64,000 bases of DNA from Flavobacterium sp. (GTDB lineage: Bacteria; Bacteroidota; Bacteroidia; Flavobacteriales; Flavobacteriaceae). Below the pieces are notes generated by a model. It was given only the letters and a program-made list of their open reading frames with translations. It made no database searches and was not told where the DNA came from. A program made the translations under genes and the position numbers. Positions 63,567-64,000 of the stretch are shown in pieces. The DNA lies in NCBI RefSeq assembly GCF_024710485.1, contig NZ_JANJUQ010000015.1:15614-79613 (forward strand), written 5' to 3'. How positions within the stretch are numbered: position 1 is the stretch's first letter; each line of letters begins with the position of its first letter.

Positions 63567-64000
63567 ATGAACCAAGATTATATCAAACCAGACAACTGGT
63601 CGATTATTGAAGAAGGATTTGATTTAGACCGCGTAAAATCGTCGGAAAGTTTATTCAGCATCGGTAACGGAGCCATGGGGCAACGTGCCAATTTTGAAGA
63701 ATTCTATTCCGGAAAAACCTTCCAAGGGAGCTACATTGCCGGTATTTATTATCCGGACAAGACCAAAGTGGGTTGGTGGAAAAACGGCTATCCGGAATAT
63801 TTCGCTAAAGTATTGAATGCGCCGAACTGGATTGGTATTTTAGTAGAAATCAACGGCGAAACGCTCGATTTAGCGTCTTGTAAAGTATCCGACTTTAAAC
63901 GCGAACTGAACATGAAAGAAGGTTGGTACCATCGTTCGTTCACCGCATTCTTAAATAACGGTATCGAAATCGACGTTAATGTTAGAAGATTTTTGTCTTT
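63567..64000 (+). CDS. GH65 maltose (glycoside) phosphorylase, N-terminal part (3' end beyond window)
   Basis: Not in the ORF track because there is no stop. My translation from ATG 63567 is MNQDYIKPDNWSIIEEGFDLDRVKSSESLFSIGNGAMGQRANFEEFYSGKTFQGSYIAGIYYPDKTKVGWWKNGYPEYFAKVLNAPNWIGI..., the typical GH65 N-terminal domain. The frame is open to nt 64000. Confidence 0.85.
   Translation, partial: MNQDYIKPDNWSIIEEGFDLDRVKSSESLFSIGNGAMGQRANFEEFYSGKTFQGSYIAGIYYPDKTKVGWWKNGYPEYFAKVLNAPNWIGILVEINGETLDLASCKVSDFKRELNMKEGWYHRSFTAFLNNGIEIDVNVRRFLS

Noticed and set aside
1-64000. A scan for CRISPR arrays, IS elements or transposases, prophage genes, toxin-antitoxin pairs, restriction-modification or other defence systems, rRNA genes and riboswitch-like leaders.
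   Set aside because: No regularly spaced direct repeats with unique spacers were found. No transposase, integrase or phage-like ORFs are present in any frame. No long untranslated conserved-looking leaders exist; the largest non-coding gaps are 343, 238, 233 and 228 nt. The window is predominantly core genome.

Overview
This 64-kb chromosomal window reads as a Flavobacterium-type genome (Bacteroidota, Flavobacteriia). It is AT-rich, has no Shine-Dalgarno-type leaders, and carries TTTG-19/20 nt-TAnnTTTG promoter motifs. It also has a SusC/SusD pair and two proteins that end in T9SS C-terminal sorting domains. I can support about 47 protein genes, one tRNA-Phe, nine hairpin terminators and a few regulatory sites.

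Most of the window is ordinary core genome:
- Metabolism: folA, ubiE, fbaA, accD, purH, surE, lpxB.
- Cell shape: the elongasome block mreB-mreC-mreD-mrdA-rodA.
- Envelope: a tightly packed block running from coaX through lptC.
- Others: a PpiD-like chaperone, HMG-CoA reductase with a GYDIA-type GHMP kinase, and an AsmA-family protein.

Two nutrient loci stand out. One is a DPP-IV gene followed by three tandem POT peptide transporters (26.0-33.0 kb). The other is a starch/maltose PUL (51.4-64.0 kb): susC-susD-susE/F-like plus a T9SS-secreted GH13, divergent from LacI-MFS-pgmB-GH65.

The only accessory-looking segment is 33.1-38.4 kb.
- It holds a 1,496-codon T9SS surface protein whose Sec signal peptide is cut off by one in-frame TAA.
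- That gene is co-transcribed with a 77-aa mini-protein. The mini-protein is little more than a signal peptide plus a sorting-signal-like tail (P-I-D motif, TM helix, basic tail).
- The module lies next to the 3' side of tRNA-Phe and is bracketed by two copies of the tRNA terminator sequence.

I saw no CRISPR array, IS element, prophage, toxin-antitoxin or recognisable defence genes. All product calls rest on motifs I recognised by eye. No homology search, HMM search or RNA folding was run.
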